From assembly GCA_963718045.1 (NCBI GenBank), contig OY970350.1:570001-602000 (forward strand): 32,000 nucleotides of DNA, read 5' to 3'. Origin of the DNA: Candidatus Saccharimonadota bacterium (GTDB lineage: Bacteria; Patescibacteriota; Saccharimonadia; Saccharimonadales; UBA4665). A program made the translations under genes and the position numbers. Shown piece by piece: positions 16,660 through 25,409 of the stretch (the first letter of the stretch is position 1; each line of letters opens with the position of its first letter). The notes beneath the pieces are model-generated. The model was not told the DNA's origin. It did no database searches and saw only the letters and a list, made by a program, of their open reading frames with translations.

Positions 16660-18055
16660 CGTAACTTCTTAAATCTTTTAGCAGCTTCATCTTTTGTTTG
16701 TCTTTGATTAGTTTATCTAGTGCGTCTAAGTTAGTTATTAGTTCTTTATAGGCATTATCTTCGCCGTCAAACAGTTTCGTTCTGACATACTCTTTCCAAG
16801 TTTTAATCTCTTCTTCATTAAGTTTGTCGGAATAGTTTCTGGCTTTATATATTTTTAGCAGGTTATTAAGCCTGGCTTCACTAAATGTAACCGGTTTAGT
16901 GTTTTCTTTAGCGCTAATTCTTGCTTTAGGGAAAAGGTTTGAATCTGCCCTTGAAATAAACTTGTCGTACAGTCTTTCATCGGCTGGTTTCTCTTTAGGC
17001 TGTCTCTTTTCTCTTTTTTTATCTAGGTTAGCTGCTGCCTTTTTAAGTTTCTTGGCAAATTCTTGCTTTTGGTCATTTATAAGACTCAGGTTCTTGGCTA
17101 TTTCAGTCATGTTAAGCTTGAGTCTTTTAATAGCTGCCTCATCTAATACAGACAAGGGAGCAACAGCCGGGCAACGGTTAAGTTTCATTGTTTTAACCGG
17201 CAATCTTGGCCTAGTCCTAGTTGGGTCATATTCCCACATACTAGTTAGTTCTTCGACGGATAAATCTAGGAATTTACTAGCGCTTTCTCTTAGGTCATAG
17301 ACAAGGGCAGTGCCCATTTCTTCGTCACGAGTTAAGACGGCAACGACTGTGGTATGTAAGACTTCTGAAGAATAGTGGGAGGAAGTGTAAATAAGCGCTT
17401 CATTTTCTTTTATTAGCCTTATTAGCGTAGTCTTTTTTCTAAGGCTTAACAGGTAGTTAAATAGCTTAGGCTGTTTTTGTTTCACTAGTTTAGCTACTTC
17501 GATGGTAGCTAAAGCGTCAGACAAAGCATCATGGGCTCTTAAATGTTTTAGATTGTTAGCAGCAGTTAGCAGTTCTAGTTTATTAGACGGTTTGCCTTCT
17601 TCGCTCATGGGCCAGTTAATACCTTCCGGTCTTAGGGCTCTGGTCATTCTGATAACGTCCAGCAGATCCCAGCGAGACGATGAGTTTTTCCAGTGCCAGC
17701 TATAGGCATCATAGAAATTACGGTAATTTATGTAACGGATAAATTCATCGTCAAAGCGGACATTATTAAAGCCGACGAAGATAGTACTAGGTTTTGCTAT
17801 CCGGCTATTAAATACAGCGCTAAATTCAGCTTCAGATATGCCGGTCTTTAGGTTATCTAGAGGTGATAGGCCGCTAATTAAGAGAGCTTCAGGACTAGGT
17901 AATATATCAGGTGTTAAGCGGATATCTATGACAACCGGACCGCCTATACTATTTAAATCAGGGTCGGTTCTTTGGCCGCCGAACTGCATTATTCTGTCCC
18001 TGGCCGCACTTATGCCCGTTGTTTCTAGGTCGTAAAAGAAAAAGCTTGAACTCAT
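16607..18055 (-). CDS. sbcB: Exodeoxyribonuclease I
   Basis: Collinear with E. coli ExoI: FFFYDLETTG, NNVRFDDEFIRY, SRWDLLDV, LRPEGINWP, and AHDALSDALAT (DEDDh). Confidence 0.93.
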   Translation of the reverse strand: MSSSFFFYDLETTGISAARDRIMQFGGQRTDPDLNSIGGPVVIDIRLTPDILPSPEALLISGLSPLDNLKTGISEAEFSAVFNSRIAKPSTIFVGFNNVRFDDEFIRYINYRNFYDAYSWHWKNSSSRWDLLDVIRMTRALRPEGINWPMSEEGKPSNKLELLTAANNLKHLRAHDALSDALATIEVAKLVKQKQPKLFNYLLSLRKKTTLIRLIKENEALIYTSSHYSSEVLHTTVVAVLTRDEEMGTALVYDLRESASKFLDLSVEELTSMWEYDPTRTRPRLPVKTMKLNRCPAVAPLSVLDEAAIKRLKLNMTEIAKNLSLINDQKQEFAKKLKKAAANLDKKREKRQPKEKPADERLYDKFISRADSNLFPKARISAKENTKPVTFSEARLNNLLKIYKARNYSDKLNEEEIKTWKEYVRTKLFDGEDNAYKELITNLDALDKLIKDKQKMKLLKDLRSYAKNILNDYGADVPAENV

Positions 18056-18059
18056 ATCG

Positions 18060-19334
18060 TTAAAAGTTAAAGTTTATATTGTTATCCTGGCCGATATATA
18101 CCTTGTCGTCTGGCTTTATACCTTGCCTGCTAAGTTCATGAAGGATACCGGTTCTTTTTAAGATGTCTTTAAAGCGGTTGGTTGCTTCAACGTTATTAAA
18201 GTCTGTCCGGGAAGCAAATTTCTCTATTTTTACACCTGTTATTCTAAAGCCGTTATCTAACTTGGTGACTTCAAAGCTGTCTTCGGTATTTTTGAGGCTG
18301 ATTATAGGCAAAGTTTTCTTTTCTTTCGGTTTTTTAACTTTATCTAATTCGTCTAGTTTTCGTTTAAGGGTATATTTAAGTTCATTTAAGTTGGTGCCGG
18401 CTTGAGCTGAGATAGCTATGACGACCGACCCTTTAGCCACGTCTTTTAGTTCTTTAAGTTTGCTGTCTACAAGATCCTCGCTGCAGCCATCTATCTTATT
18501 TAAAGCAACGACTTCCGTAAGCTTAATGAACTTCGGGCTATATGCTAGCAGTTCTTTTCGGATGACGTTATAGCTTTTCTTAATATCCTCGTCATATATA
18601 TCGACAAGATGAACAATTACCCTGGTTCTTTCAATATGTCTTAAAAATTCATGGCCTAAGCCTTTACCTTCTGCCGCTCCTTCAATTAGGCCCGGGATAT
18701 CGGCCATTAGAATGGAGTTGTTGCTATCAATGTCGACAACACCTAAATTGGGTGTCAGGGTGGTAAACGGATAGTCGGCTATTTCCGGACGGGCATTAGA
18801 CATCCTGGCTAAGAGGGTAGATTTACCAGCATTAGGTAAGCCAATAATGCCAACGTCAGCAATAAGCTTCAGTTCTAAGGTAACGGTTAGTTTTTCACCG
18901 GGCTCACCTTTTTCGGCAAAGTTAGGTGCCTGGCGTGTCGAAGAAGTAAAATGGGCATTGCCGAAACCGCCTCTTCCGCCGTTTGCTATAACTTCTTGGC
19001 TTTTATCTGTAACTAGATCGGCTAAGATTTTGCCGTCAGAGTTACTCACTTCGGTACCGACGGGAACGTCAATAACCAGACTTTCACCGCTTTTACCGTG
19101 ACGTTTATTCTTGCCGCCTGGCTGGCCTTCTTTAGCTGCCAGCAGCTTATTGTGCCTGAAGTTTGATAAGGTATTACTGTTTTGGCTGGCCCTTAGTATT
19201 ACATTACCGCCATTACCGCCGTCGCCGCCGTCTGGACCGCCGCGGGCAATAAAGCGCTCATGACGGAAACTGCGCTTACCGTCACCTCCCTTGCCGGCTA
19301 CAAGGCTGATATTAACTTTGTCTACAAAACTCAT
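18060..19334 (-). CDS. obg: GTPase Obg
   Basis: Gly-rich Obg fold GGDGKRSFRHERFIARGGPDGGDGGNGGNV. GTPase motifs G1 GLPNAGKST, G3 DIPGLIEGA and G4 NKID. There is a C-terminal OCT-like domain. Confidence 0.97.
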   Translation of the reverse strand: MSFVDKVNISLVAGKGGDGKRSFRHERFIARGGPDGGDGGNGGNVILRASQNSNTLSNFRHNKLLAAKEGQPGGKNKRHGKSGESLVIDVPVGTEVSNSDGKILADLVTDKSQEVIANGGRGGFGNAHFTSSTRQAPNFAEKGEPGEKLTVTLELKLIADVGIIGLPNAGKSTLLARMSNARPEIADYPFTTLTPNLGVVDIDSNNSILMADIPGLIEGAAEGKGLGHEFLRHIERTRVIVHLVDIYDEDIKKSYNVIRKELLAYSPKFIKLTEVVALNKIDGCSEDLVDSKLKELKDVAKGSVVIAISAQAGTNLNELKYTLKRKLDELDKVKKPKEKKTLPIISLKNTEDSFEVTKLDNGFRITGVKIEKFASRTDFNNVEATNRFKDILKRTGILHELSRQGIKPDDKVYIGQDNNINFNF

Positions 19335-19395
19335 TCTTATATGTTAGAAGGATAGAGCTTAAGATGTAAAGAAAATTGGTTAGTCAGTTTCATAC

Positions 19396-20517
19396 TTAAT
19401 GGGCGATGTAGTTAGGGAAAGTTGAGGCTGACACCCAGCCGCTATAGCCGATTCTGCCCCAGCCGGCCAAGCCGTTCATGTCAGAGTATTTTATTTGCGT
19501 GCCATCTGCTGAGACAGCATCAACAATTGCTACGTGGCCTTCACCGCCGGCCGCATACGGTGTTTGGGCAATTGCCCCGACTGTTGGCACTGAGCTTACA
19601 TTCCAGCCGCTTTGGGCTGCGTAGTAGGCCCAGGTAGCGGCATTGCCCCAGTTGCTTGGTACGGCAATGACTGATGCTACATACCAGGTACAGTAACCGT
19701 AGTCGTAGCCGTTAGAGCCGTATGTTGGTATCCAGTCTGCAGTATAGATATTTTCGGATGGTTCAACACCGTTAGGTATAATTATCTGCTCGCCTGTATA
19801 AAGACCGCTTAGCTCGGCATCGTTATAGGCTATTATCTGATCTTCATTTGCCTGGAATTTTTGGGCTAAGGAAGCTGGCGTATCACCGCTTTTAACCGTA
19901 TAGACGATACCGTTTACTGGCGGAATAACTAATTTTTGGCCAGCCATAACACTGCCTTCCAGGTTATTAGACCATAAGATACTGTCACTAGTGACGCCGA
20001 ATTTATTAGCAATAGAGGCTACCGAATCACCCGGTTGAACGACATAGGTGGTTATGTCGTCTCGAGATTTTAGGGCTGTTTGGGTAACTTGGGGTTTAGA
20101 GATAATATTATCGGCAGTTGAAGCCATGGCTAGTTCAGCTTGCTGGCTTTCTGCCTGGTTAGAAATAGCGTTTGTTTCCGGCAGGTTGGCCATTTGGGAA
20201 ACTGTCAGGGCAATGTTGGCTGAGGCTAACTGGTCAAGCGGGTTGGGTGCCAGTGAGCTTAAGTTGTTAGGTGCAGTGCTGTTTATAGAATTGGTATTAT
20301 TAGAACTTAATGGTTTTTGAAGGACAAAGATTAAGATAACCAGCAGGATTAGCAGATTAACTGACAGTAGTCCTGTTCGGATAGCTTTTTGCTGGAAAGT
20401 ACGTCTTTTAAACTTAAGCCGCCACTTATTAAACAGCTGGCGTTTAGGTTCTAGTCTAGCCTCAAGCTTTTGCTTAACCTCAAGATTGTTCAAGTTATGA
20501 GTTATAGGGTTATCCAC
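19396..20517 (-). CDS. Membrane-anchored peptidoglycan hydrolase with two LysM domains and a C-terminal CHAP domain (GTG start)
   Basis: TM helix LLSVNLLILLVILIFVL. LysM repeats YVVQPGDSVASIANKFGV... and YTVKSGDTPASLAQKF.... CHAP-like region GYCTWYVAS...GHVAIVDAV. Confidence 0.9.
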   Translation of the reverse strand: MDNPITHNLNNLEVKQKLEARLEPKRQLFNKWRLKFKRRTFQQKAIRTGLLSVNLLILLVILIFVLQKPLSSNNTNSINSTAPNNLSSLAPNPLDQLASANIALTVSQMANLPETNAISNQAESQQAELAMASTADNIISKPQVTQTALKSRDDITTYVVQPGDSVASIANKFGVTSDSILWSNNLEGSVMAGQKLVIPPVNGIVYTVKSGDTPASLAQKFQANEDQIIAYNDAELSGLYTGEQIIIPNGVEPSENIYTADWIPTYGSNGYDYGYCTWYVASVIAVPSNWGNAATWAYYAAQSGWNVSSVPTVGAIAQTPYAAGGEGHVAIVDAVSADGTQIKYSDMNGLAGWGRIGYSGWVSASTFPNYIAH

Positions 20518-20612
20518 AATAAATAAGGCTTCGATCTTAAGTTAACCTATTTAGTTGCCGAGAGTTTGTTGAATCAACTAAATTGCCCAAAGTCATTGAT
20601 TACATATTATCA

Positions 20613-20640
20613 GTTAACAGATAAGAGGTCAATCTGTAAC
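20613..20640. promoter_or_regulatory. Inverted repeat 1 in the LysM-CHAP/MFS divergent region
   Basis: GTTAACAGAT-aagaggtca-ATCTGTAAC forms 9 bp with one bulged A. The loop contains AAGAGG. Confidence 0.3.
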
Positions 20641-20671
20641 TTATGGCGAGATATCTCACAGAAAACCAGAT

Positions 20672-20696
20672 TAGCAGTCATATATAGTGACTGCTA
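20672..20696. promoter_or_regulatory. Inverted repeat 2 (perfect 9-bp arms, 7-nt spacer) upstream of the MFS gene
   Basis: TAGCAGTCA-tatatag-TGACTGCTA is followed by TCCTTTTG on the plus strand. It could be an operator palindrome or a weak attenuator hairpin. Confidence 0.3.
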
Positions 20697-20773
20697 TCCT
20701 TTTGCTAAATAGATACGGCAGGGTATGGTTTATAGGTAAATTTCAAAAACAATAATTAATTTGAGGAGTAAAT

Positions 20774-22228
20774 ATGGCCGACAAGAAAAGTGAGACCAGC
20801 CACTGGCTTATTTTAATAATACTGGCGTTGGCGCAGTTTATGGTGGTACTAGATATTTCAATTGTTAACGTTATGCTGCCGACCGTCCAGCATGCTTTCC
20901 ATATGAGTGAAACATCCCTGCAGTGGATTATTACCGCCTACACAATTACCTTCGGCGGGTTTTTGTTATTTGGCGGGCGGGCGGCCGATCTGTTTGGCAG
21001 ACGAAGGGTATTCTTAAGCGGGGTGGCTACTTTTGCCCTTGTCTCGCTGCTTGATGGTCTGTCCCGATCGGGCGGCATGCTGATTGTCTTAAGAGCTTGC
21101 CAAGGCTTAACGGCAGCCTTTATGTCACCGGCAGCCCTGTCTATTGTTCTGGTGAACTATAAAGAAGGCCACGGCAGAAATGTGGCTCTGGCCGTATGGG
21201 GTGCAGTTGCTTCCAGCGGAGCTGCTATAGGTGTTTTACTAGGCGGTGTATTTACTCAGTATCTTGGCTGGCGCTGGAATTTCTTTATTAACGTGCCCGT
21301 TGGTATCCTTATCCTGATTATTGCCTTCCGGATCGTGCCTAAACATGAAAATGAAGAGAAAAGAACAACTGTCGACTTGTTTGGCGCGGCTAGCGTGACT
21401 GCGGCTGTCATGCTGCTTGTTTACGGCCTAACTAAAGCACCTAGTTACGGCTGGACAGCCGGCTCTACATTAGGTCTTCTGGTTGGTAGTGTCGTCTTAT
21501 TTGCCGTCTTTATATATAACGAAAGCCGGGCTAAGCATCCGCTAATACCGCTTAGGGTATTCAAGCTTCGAAACCTTGTCGCTGCTAACGTTATCCAGAT
21601 ATGTCTGGCGGCTGGGATGTATGCCACCTTCTTTTTCGCAACACTGTTCTTCCAGGAAATTTTAAGATACTCACCGGTTAAAACAGGTATAGCTTTTCTG
21701 GCTGTACCGTTCGCTATTACCGCCACTGCTGCCAATGCGCCAAAACTAATCCAGCGAATCGGCTACAAAAAGATACTGATGGTAGCTCCCCTGCTTAGTG
21801 CCGGCGGTTTGTTCTGGCTCGGTCACGTCCCTATTACCGGCGGCTATTTCGCTCATATTATGCCCGGTATGATTATTATGGGTCTGGGGCTTGGCTTTAC
21901 TTTTGTAAGCGTTCTGGTGGCAGCTACTAGTGGCATAGCCGGTCATTTATCCGGACTAGCTTCCGGCCTAATTAGCACCTCTCAGCAGGTTGGCGGGTCT
22001 TTAGGACTGGCCATACTTACTGGTGTAGCCGCAACCGTTACTGCCAGGTATTTAAGCCAGTTCATGAGGCCAACCAGCTTAGATGTTGCCAGAGCCAGCG
22101 TCCATGCAGACCATATTGGTTTTTATATTGCCAGTACTTTCTCTATTTTTGCCGTCCTTCTGGCAATATTTGTCGTTAAACAAGTTAAGACTAAGCCAGT
22201 TAAGACTGAAACAGTTACAGCTATTTAA
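20774..22228 (+). CDS. MFS transporter, DHA2 (14-TMS EmrB/QacA-like) drug:H+ antiporter family
   Basis: About 14 hydrophobic segments and a motif A-like GGRAADLFGRRRVF. GAGGAG lies 7 nt upstream of the ATG. Confidence 0.9.
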   Translation: MADKKSETSHWLILIILALAQFMVVLDISIVNVMLPTVQHAFHMSETSLQWIITAYTITFGGFLLFGGRAADLFGRRRVFLSGVATFALVSLLDGLSRSGGMLIVLRACQGLTAAFMSPAALSIVLVNYKEGHGRNVALAVWGAVASSGAAIGVLLGGVFTQYLGWRWNFFINVPVGILILIIAFRIVPKHENEEKRTTVDLFGAASVTAAVMLLVYGLTKAPSYGWTAGSTLGLLVGSVVLFAVFIYNESRAKHPLIPLRVFKLRNLVAANVIQICLAAGMYATFFFATLFFQEILRYSPVKTGIAFLAVPFAITATAANAPKLIQRIGYKKILMVAPLLSAGGLFWLGHVPITGGYFAHIMPGMIIMGLGLGFTFVSVLVAATSGIAGHLSGLASGLISTSQQVGGSLGLAILTGVAATVTARYLSQFMRPTSLDVARASVHADHIGFYIASTFSIFAVLLAIFVVKQVKTKPVKTETVTAI

Positions 22229-23280
22229 GGTTCGGAACAAAGTTTATGACAGTACTGGGCTGTATTATCCTGCTGCTGCTCGAGCGTTGTTGAAAAATAT
22301 GTCACGCCGTTATCGCCTGTTACGAAGTATAGCCAGGAAGTGTTAGCCGGGTGAGTTGTGGCTTCCAGTGAACTGGATGAAATGGTACTAATAGGAGTCG
22401 GCGGCAGTCCCGGATGAAGCAGGGTGTTATACGGCGAGTCATAGCTTAGGCTTGGAGCCTGGCCGGCAGTTATGGCGCCGTAATTAGCTGTTACGTCAGA
22501 TTCAAGCGGCATGTTGCCTTTAAGCCGGCTCAAGAATACCTGGGCTACTTGGGCCTGGACGGATTCCTGAGTCACTTCCTGGTTGACAATTGATGTTAGG
22601 ATTAGCCCCTGATAGGTTGTTAGGCCTTCCCCGGCAAAGGCGGCTTGGACACTTGGTGTTAAGTACCGGTCCATTTCGTTTAGTGATTCGGATACAATCT
22701 GGCTTAAGGGAGTCGTAGATGTTTTTTCAAATGAATCCGGCCAAAGCAGACCTTCTAAAGTAGTGGTACCGGCCGGAACGAAACTCATAACCGGCAGGCT
22801 TCTATAGATACTGGGATTTAGAGCATAGCTAACCTCGGCTGGGCTGTAGCCGTCATTAATTAGATCGGCTCTAACTTGGTCGATTCTGATACCGGGTAAG
22901 ATCGTAACCAGTTTGGAAGCAATCCTACCAGTGGTTATTATATTAACTATATTCTGAGTTGTTTCATCTGGTGCTAGATCATAGGTACCAGCCTGAAGTT
23001 TGTCCGTTAAATTAGTACTGTGGACATAAAGCTGCATTGCCCAGGAGCTTCTAATTAAATGGTCGCTAGCTAGTTCATCGGCAATGTTCTTGACCGAACT
23101 GCCCGAGTTAATGGTTACAATTTGGGACACTGATGAACCGGAGACTGGCTTAAGACGGGCATCATAGATACGTCTGACAAATATACTGCCGGCGATTAAA
23201 GCGATGATGACAATAAGACAGACAACTACAACCCGGCGCGGCAGACGGTGGCTCTTTTTTGCAACCTTATACTTGCTCAT
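22225..23280 (-). CDS. mltG: Endolytic murein transglycosylase MltG (YceG-like)
   Basis: N-terminal TM helix, LQAGTYDL, and the C-terminal SPYNTLLHPGLPPTPIS signature. Confidence 0.9.
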   Translation of the reverse strand: MSKYKVAKKSHRLPRRVVVVCLIVIIALIAGSIFVRRIYDARLKPVSGSSVSQIVTINSGSSVKNIADELASDHLIRSSWAMQLYVHSTNLTDKLQAGTYDLAPDETTQNIVNIITTGRIASKLVTILPGIRIDQVRADLINDGYSPAEVSYALNPSIYRSLPVMSFVPAGTTTLEGLLWPDSFEKTSTTPLSQIVSESLNEMDRYLTPSVQAAFAGEGLTTYQGLILTSIVNQEVTQESVQAQVAQVFLSRLKGNMPLESDVTANYGAITAGQAPSLSYDSPYNTLLHPGLPPTPISTISSSSLEATTHPANTSWLYFVTGDNGVTYFSTTLEQQQDNTAQYCHKLCSEP

Positions 23281-23713
23281 TTAAATAGTCCTCTAAAATT
23301 AAACAGGCAGCTAGTTTGTCTATATCTGCCTTTGCAAATATCTTACCACGAGTTTTTAATATTTCTTCTGCCCTGATACTGCTTAGTGCTTCGTCCTGGG
23401 TAATAATCTCTTGTTTTATTGCACTGCTTAAGCGGTCAACGAAGTCTCTTGTTTTAAGTGTTTGAGCAGTGTCATTACCCTCAAGTGTCCGGGGTAAGCC
23501 AACAATAATTTTAGTGACACCATTCGACTTCATGATCTCATTAAGACTGCTAAATAAGTTCAAGTCATTAGATAGCGTTATTAAGGGGGAAGCAATTCTT
23601 GCTTTTTGGCTAGCTATGGCTACACCTACCCTCTTCTCGCCGATATCTAAGGCCAGGATATGACCTTCTTTGTTATTGTGATCCATTTGCTGGGCTGTTA
23701 GTCGGCTTGGCAA
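23267..23713 (-). CDS. ruvX: Holliday junction resolvase-like nuclease RuvX/YqgF
   Basis: ILALDIGEKRVGVAIA and IIVGLPRTLEGNDT. The true start may be the internal Met at 23686 (MDHNNKEG...). Confidence 0.88.
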   Translation of the reverse strand: MPSRLTAQQMDHNNKEGHILALDIGEKRVGVAIASQKARIASPLITLSNDLNLFSSLNEIMKSNGVTKIIVGLPRTLEGNDTAQTLKTRDFVDRLSSAIKQEIITQDEALSSIRAEEILKTRGKIFAKADIDKLAACLILEDYLNEQV

Positions 23714-25406
23714 TATTAATTGTTATATGACTAGCTCCGGGAGCTTTTGAGACGTAGAACGGACTTAAGTAAACCGACACGCTTGAAACGTTTGAGTTTG
23801 CCTTAATTAGAGATTCAATAGCACCAGCTTTTTGGCCAACTATTTCTTTCTTTAAGGTATTTACGTTAAGGTTCGGGCCAACGACAGCATTAGTTGTTAG
23901 AGTTAGTGACGTTGGGTTTGAACCAACTGTATAACTAGCGCCACTAAGACCGTTATTTAAAATGTTTTGGTTAGATCCTACCTGGGACAAGATGTTGCTA
24001 TTCAGAAGGGAATTAAGATCACTTTCTATGACACCGTACATTGAATATTTGACAGTTTCGGTAATAGTAACGCTGGCAGCAGCTGTGCCGGCTGAAGCAT
24101 TAGGCGATATGTTAGGGCTGCCGGCCAGGAATGTTGCATCAAGCGGGTAGAAGTTAGCACCAGTTGTTAGTTCGTTAGTTAGGTCATTTTTAGCGCCTGA
24201 CGTATTGGTTGTTATCTTATTCTCGGCGTTGTTGATGTCTGTCTGCGAGACAACCGTCACTATGTCATCGGTCCCGCCAGTGGCTGATCCAATTCCACTA
24301 TAGTTGTTGCCGCTGTAACTGACGGTAAAACTAGCACTGTTGACATTATAATTAGAGCCGCCTTTTTGAGCTGTAACCGGTATATTGTTACTGCCACTTT
24401 GAGTCTGTCCTTGCCAAGTGCACTGATGATTCTGCGTAACAGACACGAACGTAACTTGGTTTTGAATTATATACGTTAAGTTGTCAGCAAGCGCACCAAT
24501 TCCTGCAGGGATAGAGGCAGGCTGGTTTAAACTACAGGCTCCAGCGGATAATTGTATATTGCCAGTTGCCGGCGTGCCGTTATTCTGCTGGCCGGTTGAA
24601 TTAACAGTGGCTGTATAAGTCTTTGTTTCAGATACCAGCTTGGACGGCACTGTATTGGTAGATTTATCCAGACTTGTTGCCGACGTACTGAGATTAAATG
24701 TTAAGTTAGCATTAACGTTTTCAGAATTCGTCTTAATATCTATGGTGGCGTGAGGCCAGACTTTAAACATTAATACCCAAAAGACAATAATTATTAACAG
24801 CAAGGAGCCTATTAAAAGGGCATATAATCTGAAGCGTTCAAAGTTTGGAATCTTAAGTTTTTTGTTCTTTTTAGCTTTCTTTTTAGCTTCAGCTGCTGCA
24901 ACTGCTGCGGCCGGCATTGCCGTATCTGCTACTGAGTTTTCATCAGTGTTATCCAGCTCAATGGTGTCTTCATCTTTAGGACTAGGTTTTTTTGCTGTCT
25001 TTTCTATTTCATTTAAGGCTATTTCCTTCAGGTCGACACTGCCTTCACCAGTCTCTTCATCGAGCTTGGGAGCAGCTTCTTCTTCTATGGATTCAACCAT
25101 TTCTTTTTGAATAATTGGCGGTGCTGGAATCTCTGGTTTTGATGCCAGGTTTTTAGCAACGTGAAGTCCGACCGCGCCTGCCAGAGGCAGTAGACTTTCT
25201 TCAGTTGTTACAAGGACTATGTTCTTGCCTGCTTCATCAGCTTTTAGTTTTAGAAGCTTCATGTTGACGATGCTTTGGAAGGTAGAGGCTCTTTTAGGTA
25301 AAACTAAAGCGACCAGCTTACCTGAGCTACCCAAGACCTTGTCTATGACGCCTGTTATTTCGTCATCGACATCGATATAAATGGTGTTTTTAGGGTCGTT
25401 TGCCAT
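23673..25406 (-). CDS. Hypothetical bitopic membrane protein (577 aa): N-terminal cytoplasmic domain, acidic linker, TM helix, N/S/T/G-rich ectodomain
   Basis: The N-terminal domain is IYIDVDDEITGVIDKVLGSSGKLVALVLPKRASTFQSIVNMKLLKLKADEAGKNIVLVTTE. A KKKAKKNKK stretch precedes the TM helix LYALLIGSLLLIIIVFWVLMF, followed by about 360 aa of low-complexity, beta-looking ectodomain. It lies 3 nt downstream of the ftsA-like stop. Confidence 0.8.
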   Translation of the reverse strand: MANDPKNTIYIDVDDEITGVIDKVLGSSGKLVALVLPKRASTFQSIVNMKLLKLKADEAGKNIVLVTTEESLLPLAGAVGLHVAKNLASKPEIPAPPIIQKEMVESIEEEAAPKLDEETGEGSVDLKEIALNEIEKTAKKPSPKDEDTIELDNTDENSVADTAMPAAAVAAAEAKKKAKKNKKLKIPNFERFRLYALLIGSLLLIIIVFWVLMFKVWPHATIDIKTNSENVNANLTFNLSTSATSLDKSTNTVPSKLVSETKTYTATVNSTGQQNNGTPATGNIQLSAGACSLNQPASIPAGIGALADNLTYIIQNQVTFVSVTQNHQCTWQGQTQSGSNNIPVTAQKGGSNYNVNSASFTVSYSGNNYSGIGSATGGTDDIVTVVSQTDINNAENKITTNTSGAKNDLTNELTTGANFYPLDATFLAGSPNISPNASAGTAAASVTITETVKYSMYGVIESDLNSLLNSNILSQVGSNQNILNNGLSGASYTVGSNPTSLTLTTNAVVGPNLNVNTLKKEIVGQKAGAIESLIKANSNVSSVSVYLSPFYVSKAPGASHITINIAKPTNSPANGSQ

Positions 25407-25409
25407 ATT

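Noticed and set aside
20518-20773. A known riboswitch class (preQ1, fluoride, guanidine) in the long MFS leader
   Set aside because: I could not match any consensus core that I remember. Only generic inverted repeats are visible, so I report it as an unclassified regulatory region instead.
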